From Eledone cirrhosa (Eukaryota): DNA of 64,000 bases. Under the pieces are notes generated by a model. The model was not told the DNA's origin. It ran no database searches and was given only the letters and a program-made list of their open reading frames with translations. How positions within the stretch are numbered: position 1 is the first letter of the stretch; each line of letters begins with the position of its first letter. Position numbers and translations under genes: made by a program. The DNA lies in the NCBI GenBank assembly GCA_964016885.1, contig OZ024743.1, positions 8,556,001 to 8,620,000 of the forward strand, read 5' to 3'. Below are positions 1 to 11,809 of the stretch, piece by piece.

Positions 1-329
1 GTGTGTGCAGGGATGTGGCTTGAGAAAAGATATCGCCTTGATGTCTGTCGAATTTACTAAGCTGGGTGCCACGACTTAGCCCTAACAGCACCGACTACTG
101 CAGTGAATGCCACAGGCGAATTCCTCTAGTTCAGTGTCTGAGGTGGAACAGAGTGGGAAGAAATTGTGATTGTCTTTTGGCTTAAATAGCCGTTGGTTTT
201 ACTATAGCTATTTCCGGCAATGACGTCATAGCTATTTTGGTCTCCGTTTTGTACCCACAGATTTAGTCGTGTGATAATTTCACTATAAAATTATATTTTA
301 AAAGTATAATGAAACCCACAAATCTTCAT

Positions 330-545
330 ATATTTTAACACAACCTACTCCGAAGAAGTTATATATCGCAGGCATGGCAACCTCTAAAACCCAAACAGGG
401 AATACTATGAAATAAGGTGATCCAAAATGGGGAGATTGTTTATAATGAAAGTTATACAGATTTTCATAAGAAAAGACATCTCTCATCTACTCCAAAGTCG
501 GTGGGAGATCTCCCCATCGGACGGGGAGAGTCGACAGGTCTGATA
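330..545 (-). repeat. Interspersed repeat shared in opposite orientation with 42350-42520 (probable DNA-transposon end)
   Basis: agacatctctcatctactccaaagtcggtgggagatctcccc...gacaggtct is the reverse complement of the block at about 42350-42430. Confidence 0.6.
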
Positions 546-696
546 TTGATAGATAAACATACTGAAAAATAAAAATTGCTATAAAATTACTATGATAGTA
601 GAATTGTGTCATGCAACAAGCTACAGTTTTTCCAAATTAAAAATCTTACGATCAAAAATATTCTTAAATACTGTTGTTTTTTTATTTTCATTTCAG

Positions 697-757
697 GTCA
701 GTTAACAAAATTCTAATGACGGGTCCAAAAATGAATGAATTCGGTGCAAACGCCACA
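697..757 (+). CDS. Wnt8: Wnt8 coding exon (first in window): SVNKILMTGPKMNEFGANAT
   Basis: Acceptor tttcag and donor gtaagt. SVNKILMTGPK matches the Wnt8-specific mature N-terminus (vertebrate SVNNFLMTGPK). Phase 2 to 0; the upstream signal-peptide exon was not found in the window. Confidence 0.8.
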
Positions 758-838
758 GTAAGTAAAAACTACCACTTCAATTTAATAGTGTTTCATTCTG
801 GTTTCATACGTATACATGTTGATACATCATTATATTTC

Positions 839-1028
839 GTGGTGGATTGGCTGTATCGGTAGAGGGGCGGACGCTATGCTTTGCAGCATAGAGTTACGTC
901 CCTTTACGGTTTGAGTTCAAATCCCGCGGAGGTTAACTTTACCTTTCATCCTTACAGGGTCGATGAAATAAAGTACCAGTAACGAACGGGGATAATTGCT
1001 GGCCTTATTCCAAAAGTAGAAACAATTA
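839..1028 (+). mobile_element. tRNA-derived SINE, family A (full length)
   Basis: A-box-like ggattggc, B box gagttcaaatcc, core ttcatccttacggggtcgataaaataaagtaccag, tail aaagtagaaacaatta; more than 10 copies in the window. Confidence 0.85.
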
Positions 1029-1053
1029 TATATATATACATATATATATATAC

Positions 1054-1108
<55 letters not shown>

Positions 1109-1187
1109 TGCGTGTGTGTATAACATTTGAGGGAGGAGTTCAGAAGACATTGTAAACTGAAACTCGTGTGAACATCTTATATTTCAG

Positions 1188-1320
1188 ACCTACTTGATGT
1201 TCTCAGATATAGTGGCATCCGGAGAGAAAAAAGCAGCTGGAGAGTGTCGTTACCAATTCCGGTTCGATAGATGGAACTGCCCAGAAGAATCCATAATGGC
1301 TCAGAAATCAAGATTAAGTG
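1188..1320 (+). CDS. Wnt8: Wnt8 coding exon: TYLMFSDIVASG...ECRYQFRFDRWNCPE
   Basis: tttcag acceptor, gtaatg donor, Wnt motif ECxYQFxxDRWNC, phase 0 to 1. Confidence 0.93.
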
Positions 1321-1698
1321 GTAATGAAATTAGTTTTTATTTAATTTGTTTACTAATTAATGATTCAAAATTAGGGGAATTCTTTTCTCCTCTTGAGGTC
1401 AAATAATTTCAGATCGTAGCCTTAATTTCATTTGTTTGAGCCTAATTTTACTCAGGTGACCAAAACTTATGCCATTGCTTGCTCTTTATTTTCGCAGTTA
1501 ATGTTTAACTTCTACAGAATTTGTGATTAACAAATTCCAACCTGTTTTAAACGCTGTCTCTGTTCATTAAATCAGTTTTCAGTGAAAATTGATTTAATTA
1601 ATGGTTGTTTTCTATAAATTACTAGTACTTGGCCCATTTGTTTTACGGAATATGTAATTGGTTTCTTTTTGTGACAAAGTTATGTTCATGAATTGTAG

Positions 1699-1748
<50 letters not shown>

Positions 1749-1877
1749 ACAAGTTGCTAGATCTTCATTACATTTATTGACGTGTGACGCGCGTTTCGCG
1801 ATTGATCAGCTCAAGGCTCAGTCTGTATTGATCTGGCCCGTCTCTGGAATCAAAAGCTCGTCGGGCTTCTGTTATGG

Positions 1878-1930
<53 letters not shown>

Positions 1931-1944
1931 TATAATATCTAGGT

Positions 1945-2445
1945 GTGTAAACATGCCAGAAAATATAACTTTCCCTGTAAATTGAAAAAAAATGCTAAAC
2001 ATCTTTAATCGATTTTCGGATCCTATTGGACCATCAACAAAAGGCGTGTATATCATCCAATCAACTACAAGGAAACATGTATTTGATGAGTATATATACC
2101 CATTCGCTTTTAGTATTATTCTGAAATGGACGTACTAATTTGCATATAATTAGTGCTCGTGTTGGTAATTAATTAAGATATATATTAGGAAGTGTGCTAG
2201 TATCCAAAGTATATGATAAAGTTATATGTGCAAATATAGAGCGTGTAACCGAGATTACACCAACGTATATAAATATTTACACATATCTAATATTTAAACA
2301 TGTAAACATGCCAGAAAATACGAATTCCCCTGAAAATTGAAAAACTGATAAACACCTTTAATCGATTTTCGGACTTAATAGAATCCAATACGTTTCCTTA
2401 TGGTTGGTTGGTTGGATGATATACACGTCTTCTGATGAGGGTATC
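1945..2445. repeat. PLE-like repeat with direct and inverted duplicated segments and a split/degenerate hammerhead
   Basis: 1945-2020 recurs at about 2300-2373; 2041-2083 is inverted at 2387-2431. Minus strand reads cgcctt-ttgttga-...-gaaa-atcgat-ta-aagatg; plus strand has cgtctt-ctgatga at 2426-2438. Confidence 0.55.
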
Positions 2446-2869
2446 AAACTGGTGCAGCCGTTAGAGCATATGACAAAATCCTTGCTATAGTTGTTCCGAC
2501 TTTCTGTTCATTAAACTCAAATCCTGCCGAGCTTTGTTTTACCGTTCTTATTTTCTGAACCAATAACATAACTTACCAGCTTGAGCGGTGGGTTAGCGGA
2601 ATTGGTAGAAAATTGGTCGGGATGCCTTTCGGTAATTTTTCTAGCTGTTTGCGTTCTGAATTCAGATTCCGCTGTGACATATTTAAGTGGTAGACTTAAA
2701 CCGTCTCTCGTAGTGACACTACCACCTGGTCCTTTGGTGCACTTGGTAAAGTCCACACGGTTGCTAGTATCTGGGCTAGGTCTCCTGTTTTAGGATAATT
2801 TCCTCTTTTCCTTACACTAGAATAAAGATTAATCTTTTCGCTTTCAGTGTAATATCATATAGATGATGT

Positions 2870-4130
2870 TCCCTGGCTATAGATTTTCTTAATATTTCGT
2901 ATATTTAAGCCAGGAGAAAACACAATACGAAATAATTATGGGCGATTTTAATGCCAAGAATCAACTTTCTTTCAAATAAATATTAAACAGAAATACAAAA
3001 TAAATTTGAAGTGTATAATGTTGAACTGGAAAAACAAAATGTAGATTCACAGTATGAAAAGATGGTTAGCATTATCAGAGACACTGTTCTTGAGTTGGAA
3101 GGGAGAAGAAAACAGACTAAAAAATAAATGTTGTCGGGAAAGATTTATGCTTACAAAGAGGAGGGAAATGCGAAAAGGTGGATTGTACAGAAACCTGTAA
3201 ACCATTCGGAAAAGAATAAAAGAGAAAATACTAAAATTTAATATGCACAATATTGAGCAAACGATACAGAAAAATAAAAGCTTTGAAAAGCTAAAAACAA
3301 TTTTTTTTTTGTAAATCACAAATCATTATTATGACGTCCCTTTACAGTCTGAGTTCAAATCCCGCCGAGGTTAACTTTGCCTTTCATCCTTACGGGGTCG
3401 ATAAAATAAAGTACCAGTAATGTACTGGGTAATTGTTGGCCTTGTGCCTAAAGTAGAAACAATTATTATGAAATATAACAACGAACAAACCATAAATGAT
3501 AGAAAAGCGATTATTCATAGAGTAGAAGATGTTTACTTAGGAAAGAAACATTTAAGGGTTCCAGAAATGAATGCATTTGATGATGATGATAGTGATTATA
3601 GTTATGATGTGGATCATCATGACCATGATGTACCAGGCATCTCAAGTGATGGAACTTGGATTGCATCGAAATATATGAACATTCAAAAGGCACCAAGAGC
3701 AGATGAAGTGCTCATTGAGTTCCTGAAAGAAGGAGGAGGAGTCCAGTTTGTAGGCAACTAGCAGTTCTCTTGACAAAATGCATCAAATCATATGAAATTT
3801 CTAGCAGCTCAAAGAATGTCATCATCATACTTTAAATAAAGTTAACATTACAAATTTTTAAAAATTCCATAAAGTCAACATTACAGATTTTAAAAATTCC
3901 ATACCCATCAGTAAATTGTCTAATTTGTATCAGCTATTTGCCAAGGTGCTTGCAATTACATTAATTCTGACTTCATTGCATCAATCAACCCAGTTAACAT
4001 GAAAGGTTCAGATGCGAATTTTCAACATTTACTTGTCAAACGTTATTCAAAAACATTGTATTTAGACCTTACTTGTGATGAGAAAGCCTTCCATTGAAAT
4101 TCCAGTTGTATTTGTAGCTTTTAATACGGG
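2870..4130 (+). mobile_element. Degenerate RTE-type LINE fragment in a Wnt8 intron, interrupted by a SINE at 3334-3465
   Basis: IIMGDFNAK (APE endonuclease) and KAPRADEVLIEFLKEGG (RT N-terminal) motifs, with frameshifts. Confidence 0.7.
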
Positions 4131-4927
4131 AAACTTATATTTGATTTATTATATTCATATTTTACAAGACTAGAATGATTGATATTATTTATCTATTTTG
4201 AGAGGGCGGTGGATTGGTGATTCATTAGAGCACCAGACAAAATGCTTTGTGGCATTTAGATACGTCTTTTTGCGTTGTAAATTAAAATTCTACCGAGGTC
4301 AGCTTTGCCTTTCATCCTTCTGGGGGTCTATAAAATACCCATAAAGTACTGGGACCGATTTAATCGACTTTCCATTCCACTAAAATTGCTGTTCTCGTTC
4401 CCAAATTAGAAACTATTGTTTAAGAGCAGTGGATTGACAGAATTTGGCAGGATTTACTTACGCCTCTTTGCTTTCTGAGTTAAAATCCCACCAAAGTTAA
4501 CTTTGTCTTTCATCATCCCAGGGTCGATAAAATAAATACCAGTTCAGTACTTCCCCTTCCCCACAATTGATGGCCTTTTGCCGATGCTTGTATAAAAATA
4601 TATAATAAATATCAGTATTTATTTCAGCACAATTGAATCTAGTTTCATCCATATTATAATGTTTTATAGGTGTTGAAACGTGAGGACGTCAGGTTCGCGC
4701 CTTGACATTCTGGATTCAAGTCTCTTCAAAGTAAAGTTTGTCTTCAAACACTTTGATTGCGACAAAATAGTACCAGTAACATGCTGGTGGATACAATTGA
4801 TTATATCACCACCACATACAATATTTGAACCTTTGCCTAATCAAAAATAAATCAATATTGAATGGTTTCTATTCGGGAATTGTTGCTTCAATTGTTTTGA
4901 AGAAACGGAATGGTGTCGAAATAATGA

Positions 4928-5140
4928 TTTCTAGTATAGGCACAAGGCCAGTAATTTGGGGGGGAGCGGAAAGTCGATTAAGTCGACCCCAGTACGTTAC
5001 TGGTGCTTTATTTTATCAACCCCGTAAGGATAAAAGGCAAAGTTAACATCAGCGGGATTTGAACTCAGACCGTAAAGGGCCGTAACTCTATACTGCAAAG
5101 CATGGTGTCCGACTCTACCGATACTGCCAATCCCCCACCC
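4928..5140 (-). mobile_element. SINE family A copy
   Basis: Reverse complement of the 839-1028 family. Confidence 0.8.
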
Positions 5141-5260
5141 TTAATAGTGTTGAAATAATTATTGTATATCAATGGTTAATACGTTATTTGCCTTTTGAAT
5201 GAAAATGTTTTTTCTATTTATATTTGGTGCAATGTAACCATTCTACCATTCTACTTGCAG

Positions 5261-5386
5261 CAACACAAGAAGCCAGTTTTGTCCAGGGTATTCTAGCTGC
5301 CGGAATAATGCACACTTTAACTCGAAGATGCAGTTTGGGACATTTTAGTGATTGTGGCTGTGATGACACGAAAAAGGGAAAGAGAG
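5261..5386 (+). CDS. Wnt8: Wnt8 coding exon: ATQEASFVQGILAAGIMHTLTRRCSLGHFSDCGCD
   Basis: ttgcag acceptor, gtagaa donor, phase 1 to 1. Matches the Wnt8 RETAFVHAI...TLTRNCSLG..CGCD block. Confidence 0.95.
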
Positions 5387-6658
5387 GTAGAAACCCCTTG
5401 AATTTCTTTGTCATTTGTGTCCGAATGTGAAAATATACGTCGGTGTTAATCTGTTGTTGCATCATTCAGGTGGAGGCCTGTATTTCAGATCTTTGAATGA
5501 AACTCCAACAAACTTGTCAGAGTGAAAATCCACTCAACTAATAGTTATATCCTTCAAAGCTTCCCTCGTTTCCTCTTTTCTTTTTCGTTTTTTTTAAAGG
5601 CATAATCTGTCTCCCATTGGCCTTCAATACTTGAAATTTTATTTTTGTTATTTTATTTTTCCTCTTTTTCTCTTTATTATTTTTATTTTACTTTTTATTA
5701 GTTTTTCTTTACTTTTTTATTACTTTTTTTCCTCTTTTTTAATTTTTATTTTAGTTTTTAGTTTTTAATTTCTATTTTATTACTTGTCTCACTAGCTCTT
5801 TTTGATTACTAACTGTAAGGAGTACTCGATACTTCCCCTAGTCTGGCGTGGCTTACTAGCTCTATACGGACGTTTAAATTGAATAAATAAATAAATAAAT
5901 ACCACCCTAAAATGATATTGTAAAATGTTGACGCATGGTTCGCATGTAAAACGGTGTGGTGCTACTGTGTGGTGCTACTGTGACTAATATGACAAATTTT
6001 GCAGCTAATCTATCCACTTTTTTCGTAGTTAAAATATTCATAAATTGTTTTCTTAATTGAAATTATTGATTTAATTTCTTTTTTAAATAATAAGTGCTTG
6101 AATGTTAGTTAACAGAGATCAATAACTATTAAGATATGTTGTATCTGTTTCTGTTGTAACTGCACCACGCGGGCTAACAAATCCTCCATGCTAAGGATTA
6201 TTTTTTCTTTGGTTCTGTGCAAAAATAATCCACGGTCCAGCGCAAGCATCGAATACCTCGTTGCCACGTTTATGGCCCTTTGGACTGATTGTTTTCTACG
6301 ATGCGGAGTACTAACAATTTTATCTCGGGCGTAACATACGACTACAAAACCCCGTGAGACTTTCAAGCGGGCCTCCAACCGAACTCTTGACAACGAGACA
6401 CGTTGCTTATTTATAATAGTCCGCCGAGTCCATTTTTTAATCTCAAAGGGGTGTTCACCACAACAAGATATTAATTATAAAACGAAATAAATCTAAATCT
6501 AAATAAACAGCAGATAAGCGCCAGTAAACCTGAATTTCACTGAAATTCTGCTACCTAAATTAGTGCCGTCGGATTATATCCTAATAAATGTGTGAATGAC
6601 ATTCAAATAAATTTTAGTTTGAATTTCAAAACAAATCTTCATTTTATTTTTGCTTCAG

Positions 6659-6801
6659 GTGGTCATAATTGGCTGTGGAGTGGCTGTAGTGATGACGTCC
6701 GATTCAGCGCTAGAGTCTCGAAACAACTAATTGATTCTCTGGAGAAAGGAAAAGATGCTTTAGCTTCTATGAAACTGCACAATAACGAAGTCGGTCGCAT
6801 G
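6659..6801 (+). CDS. Wnt8: Wnt8 coding exon: GGHNWLWSGCSDDV...MKLHNNEVGRM
   Basis: cttcag acceptor; WxWxGCSD and LHNNExGR motifs. Homology and frame require a phase-0 GC donor (gcaagt, 6802-6807). Confidence 0.92.
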
Positions 6802-7329
6802 GCAAGTATAGTTAATAACAGTATTAAAATCAAAAAGGTTCTGTTGGGTATATGTATGGTCCCGTAACTCCTAAGTACTAACCAGGTGTAGGTAGTATTT
6901 TTCATTGAGCGAACAGTAACGTATCAAGATGTATAGTATGGTATGGTCCTGTAACTCCTGATAGAATCGTAGGGACTCCGTATTGACATACAGAGTTTCT
7001 TGGGCATTTTAAGCCTGGCAGAGCCCATCCTTCTTCAGGCCTAAGTACAGCAGATTTCTTCCAGAGAGAGGAAGAATCAACCCAGTATTAGACTGGTATT
7101 TTTTTATCGAAAGGATGAAAGACAAAGTTGACCTCGGCAAGATTTGAACTGATAGAATATGGAGTGTAATTTTAAGAATCTGGCTGGGAAGACAACATAT
7201 GTCATGTATATGCAATAATTATAAAAGTTTTTGATATGTCTAGTGGTAAAGATATTTTCTTGAATAACTAATGTTACTGCTGTTTACCTTTGAATTTGCT
7301 GTCGTCATGGCTACTGTTGTTGTATATTG

Positions 7330-7565
7330 GACCTTACTGAGTCATACTGGACTTTAGTGGTTCATACTGACCCATAGGGACTCATACTGTACAATACATG
7401 GTCATACTGACCCCATAGTGAGTAATACTGGACCATGCTGGACCACACTGGGCCATATTGGGTCATACTGACTATACTAGCTCATATTAGACCACACTAG
7501 GCCATACTGAGTCATATTGTGTCATACTAAGTCATACTGACCATACTGGTCTATACTGGGTCATA
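7330..7565. repeat. Degenerate ~10-bp minisatellite (gtcatactga/ccatactgg) in the last Wnt8 intron
   Basis: About 20 catact-cored units visible. Confidence 0.75.
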
Positions 7566-7698
7566 TAAATGATACTTAGGGAGAATTGGAACGTCAAGTA
7601 TTTTTTTATGTGAGAATTATACTGTTGATAAATTATGGATTATTATTGTCGTTATTATTACTGTTCCATAACAGCTTATTCATTCTATTTATTTTTAG

Positions 7699-8196
7699 GC
7701 TGTACGAAAAACAATGAAAACAATTTGTAAATGCCACGGTGTGTCCGGAAGTTGTACTACGAAAACATGTTGGCGTCAATTGGCAAACTTCCGGAGAGTT
7801 GGCAACTATTTGAAAAAGCGTTACTTAAAAAGTTTACATGTAAACTTTCAGGAAGGCAAACTCGGTGAATGGAACGTGGCAAGTGGTCAAGGATTATCAT
7901 TAGTATCTAAAACTGACTTAGTATATTTAGAAAAGTCTCCGAATTACTGCAAGCAAAATGTATCACTCGCCATAAAAGGTACAATTAACAGGCAGTGTAA
8001 ACGACCAAACAAATCAGAAAAAATATCCAAATGGGAAAGAAGGAGCTGTCAACGGCTCTGTTTAGGTTGTGGTTATCGAATAAAGCATTGGACTGAAGAG
8101 GTTATAGTCAGCTGTCATTGTAAATTTTTCTGGTGTTGCGCTGTGAAGTGTAGAAAATGCTTAGTGAAAACGGACAAATATTCATGCCAAAGATGA
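7699..8196 (+). CDS. Wnt8: Wnt8 last coding exon: AVRKTMKTICKCHGVSGSCTTKTCW...CHCKFFWCCAVKCRKC...stop
   Basis: ttttag acceptor. CKCHGVSGSC with the acylated Ser is intact; Wnt8-type CxxLCxxCG and C-terminal Cys cluster; TGA at 8194-8196. Confidence 0.96.
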   Translation, partial: AVRKTMKTICKCHGVSGSCTTKTCWRQLANFRRVGNYLKKRYLKSLHVNFQEGKLGEWNVASGQGLSLVSKTDLVYLEKSPNYCKQNVSLAIKGTINRQCKRPNKSEKISKWERRSCQRLCLGCGYRIKHWTEEVIVSCHCKFFWCCAVKCRKCLVKTDKYSCQR

Positions 8197-8766
8197 ACCA
8201 ATTTCTTTCTCTCATTCTCTATCTATCTATCTATCTATCTATCACCCTCTCTCCTTCTCTATTTCTCCCATCCCCTTTACTCTCTCTCGCTCTTTCCCAT
8301 TTTCCCTACTCTCCCTCTCTCCCATTACCTTCTGCTTTCTCTCTCTCTTTAGCACGTACACACATACAGACACACACGTACACAAACAATACAGACGCAC
8401 TGTTTATCGGTAACAACCTTTATTTTTTAAAACTCCTCTGCATCCATTCTCTCGTAACCCTTTCTCTCTTTTTTTGTGACTCTTGACTCTTCCTCATCTC
8501 CGCATTTTGTTTGTTTGTTTTTTCTTTGTTGTTATTATTTTCGTTTTTTTTTTGTTGTTTTTTTTTCATTTTTAACCTTACCATTTTAAGTTACTTCAGA
8601 GGTTCTTTATATAGACGTGTGTTTGCTGGACACTTAAGAAATCAGAATGGATAACACTATTCCAGACATTGGTAATTAATTTCTATTGAATATTCGAGTC
8701 TTGTGAGTATAATAATCAACTGCCAGGAAAACAGTGAGAATTATATATACATACATACATACATAC

Positions 8767-8817
<51 letters not shown>

Positions 8818-8880
8818 GTCCGATTTGACGAAAAGTCGATTGACTGTCGGTATATATATATACACACATATATATATATC

Positions 8881-8925
<45 letters not shown>

Positions 8926-9151
8926 GATTTGGGAATTGGAACGTTTCTTGGTTTCCAAAAAGGGATGCTTCAAAAAATCCCCCTTATAATTACATATTAA
9001 TGTATTTTGAGTAAACATGTCCGAGTTGTTTTTCAATGAATTATATGACACTAAGAAAATACTTTAGGGGTTCTCAGAGTTTATACTTATAATATTTGCA
9101 CTTACAATGAATTTCGATTGGTTTAATTGCCGGTCATCATCAGGTGTCTTA

Positions 9152-9488
9152 TCTTAATATATAAATGTGTATGTATGTATGTGTGTATGTATGTATGTAT
9201 GCGTGTATGTATGTATACGTGTATGTATGTACGTACGTATGTATGTATGTATGTATGTAAAAGACATCTCTCTAGGAGAAGGTCACTCTGATTTAAAACC
9301 TTGGATTTTGTTTACATTCAATGATGTAGGCCAGTCCTGCCTTTTGGGCAAATACATTCCGTGTTTATAGAGTGGGATTGGCCTCATGCAAAGCCTTTCC
9401 ATCTTAAAAAAGCTTCAAGCACAGGCATGGCTTGATATGCGACATTTTTTGCGATGCGTGGCATTGCTGGCCATAGGCAGGTTCCTAG
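9152..9488 (+). mobile_element. Non-autonomous Helitron-like element with (GTAT)n
   Basis: A|TC start (tcttaatatataaa), internal microsatellite, GC-rich subterminal segment, CTAG|T end. Confidence 0.55.
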
Positions 9489-9865
9489 TAGGATTAAAAG
9501 CCACGTTTGTGATGCTCATGCTTAAGTATCAAGCAATGGTATCACTCAAAATCGAGTTGCAGCCATCATGTATGGATGTATGGATGTATGTATGTATGTG
9601 TAGGGACGTAGAATAGATGCATGGTTGAAGAGTTCACTTTGTAAACATTAGATCCCATGTTCAATCCCCCTGCGTGACATCTTTGGAAAGTACTATTTAC
9701 CATAGCCTGGAATCGACCTATGCCTCGCGAGTGAAACTGGGTAGGCGGAATCTATTTGGAAACCAGTCAAATGGATTATACCTATAATACATTTATGAAT
9801 GAAGTAATTCCGTCGGAAAAGTCCAGGAAAAAAGAGTGCTCTGTGTAGGTAACAGAGCTTAATAA

Positions 9866-10107
9866 TTATGTAAAAAACAACATAAGGCAATTATTTCATT
9901 TACCAGTGGTTTCTTAAAAGCAAAAAAATTTTGCTTTCAATCATCAGAATGAAAAAATCCTGGTGTATTTATTGGCGTTGGTTTTTAAAATCCAACGCCA
10001 ATAAATACACCAGGACTTTTTCATTCTGATGATTGAAAACAAAATTTTTTTGCTTTTAAGAAACCACTGGTAAATGAAATAATTGCCTTATGTTGTTTTT
10101 TACATAA
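9866..10107. repeat. Near-perfect spacerless palindrome, ~120-bp arms
   Basis: Centre tttt|aaaa at 9986/9987; arms are reverse complements with few mismatches. Confidence 0.92.
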
Positions 10108-11631
10108 ATATAATTCATTTAGTCTAATTAAGTAAATTAGTTTCTGAAAAAAAAATTAAATGTAAGAGTAAAACTTTATTTTTTAGGTTCTACATTTATT
10201 TATTTGTTTGTTCGTTCGTTTGTTTGTATGTTTATTTATTTTATTTTTTCATATTTTTATGAAGCTCAACTTGTACCATCTTCTGGGTGACTTGGAGGCA
10301 ACAATTCTGAGGAAATCCTCATTTCCTACGAATTGAAAGTTCTCAGAATCGTTTTAAAGTGATTTATTCAAAAAATATGGAAATCGTGTTGTTATATCTA
10401 TGTTAAATATTAATCAAAACCTAGCAAGAAGATACGAAAAGAGGCTGTCATCCCTGAGCGCTGATATATAAAATGGTGTAAAATTTCCTCTGGCCTATCA
10501 TATCTGTTACTTAAATTGTAGTACCAAAAGTGTCTCAACTTCTCTCCCTAGGGCACTGGGAACCCTTGCTACACCACTGGCATTCATAAGCCCGAACAAG
10601 GCTGGTAGTCCTGAATCTGTGAAATAGGAATCTTTATTTCTAAACGAAAGTTAGTGACATCTTATTCACTAAGCCGTAGGAACAATCTATGAGAAGGTGG
10701 GTAGGTTAGTGATTAGGGAATTAAACTCACGATTGTGGGATCGATTCTTGCGTTGTGTTCTTGAGCAAGGTGCTTCCCTTCATGTTTTTTTTTCCATGAT
10801 GAAACTGGGGTCCCTATCGGTAAAAAAACCAAAAAACCTCGTAGGAAGTCATCTAAATTTACATAGGTGTGAGGTGTAAATTTCATTTTTATTTTCAACT
10901 CAGCTTGTGAAATGTACATATTCAGTAATAAGACACATTATGATGGCTGAAGATTAAACCAATTGAAACTAGTGTAAAGGTTATGTTAAAAATAAATGTT
11001 AAAGATAAGATTCAGAGACTGAGAAAAAATCAACTTGATAACAAATGTTCATCTCAGAACTTTAGACATATAATAAATCAATTGATGACTCTATGCTTAA
11101 TATTAAAATACTAATTCCGATTCGTGCTTTTTTTTTTATTTCAAACAGGTTTGGAAACTATTTTCTTTTTACATTAAAGACAACAAAATTAAACAGAATC
11201 TGCCATACCTCGGCAGAGATAGCTTATATGTGTACTCGTTATAAATGTGTGTAACTAAAGATTGTATGTTATAACCATAAAATTGTATTTAGATCCTGAT
11301 TTAGAATGGTGTTGAAAACTTAGTTTCTCTTTATTTTCTTTCTACTTTTCAGTACTTCATCTGACACTACTAAATCACATTTATATTTATATTTATTCAA
11401 AAACTATTTCTATGTACTCCATCGAGACAAGATGCACATGCTACTGAAGGAAACATCGCTTATCTTCTTAACAAGAATTTACATTCCGCTTCTTTATCAT
11501 CTAAGCCAAGTTGGCAGATAATTGGAGCTTTGTCACTGATGCTCTCTGTTTTGTGAATTGCCAAAATACTTAATTGAAAAAACTCAGCGCACTTAGATGT
11601 AAATAAGTACTACGCATATGAAATCTATAAT

Positions 11632-11809
11632 TAATTGTTTCTACTTTTGGCACAAGGCCAGCAATTACCCACATTACTGGTACTTTATTTTATCGACCCC
11701 GTAGGGATGAAAGGCAAAGTTAACCTCGACGGGATTTGAACTCAAACCGTAAAGGGGCGTAACTATGCTAGAAAGCATGGCGTCCAACCCTCTACTGATA
11801 CTGCCAATC
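11632..11809 (-). mobile_element. SINE family A copy
   Basis: Reverse complement of 839-1028. Confidence 0.85.

Noticed and set aside
839-930. tRNA gene
   Set aside because: A and B boxes belong to a SINE head; no cloverleaf; multicopy with a shared body.
9095-9148. Minus-strand ctgatga...gaaa...ta hammerhead
   Set aside because: Stems II and III pair poorly; not supportable as intact.
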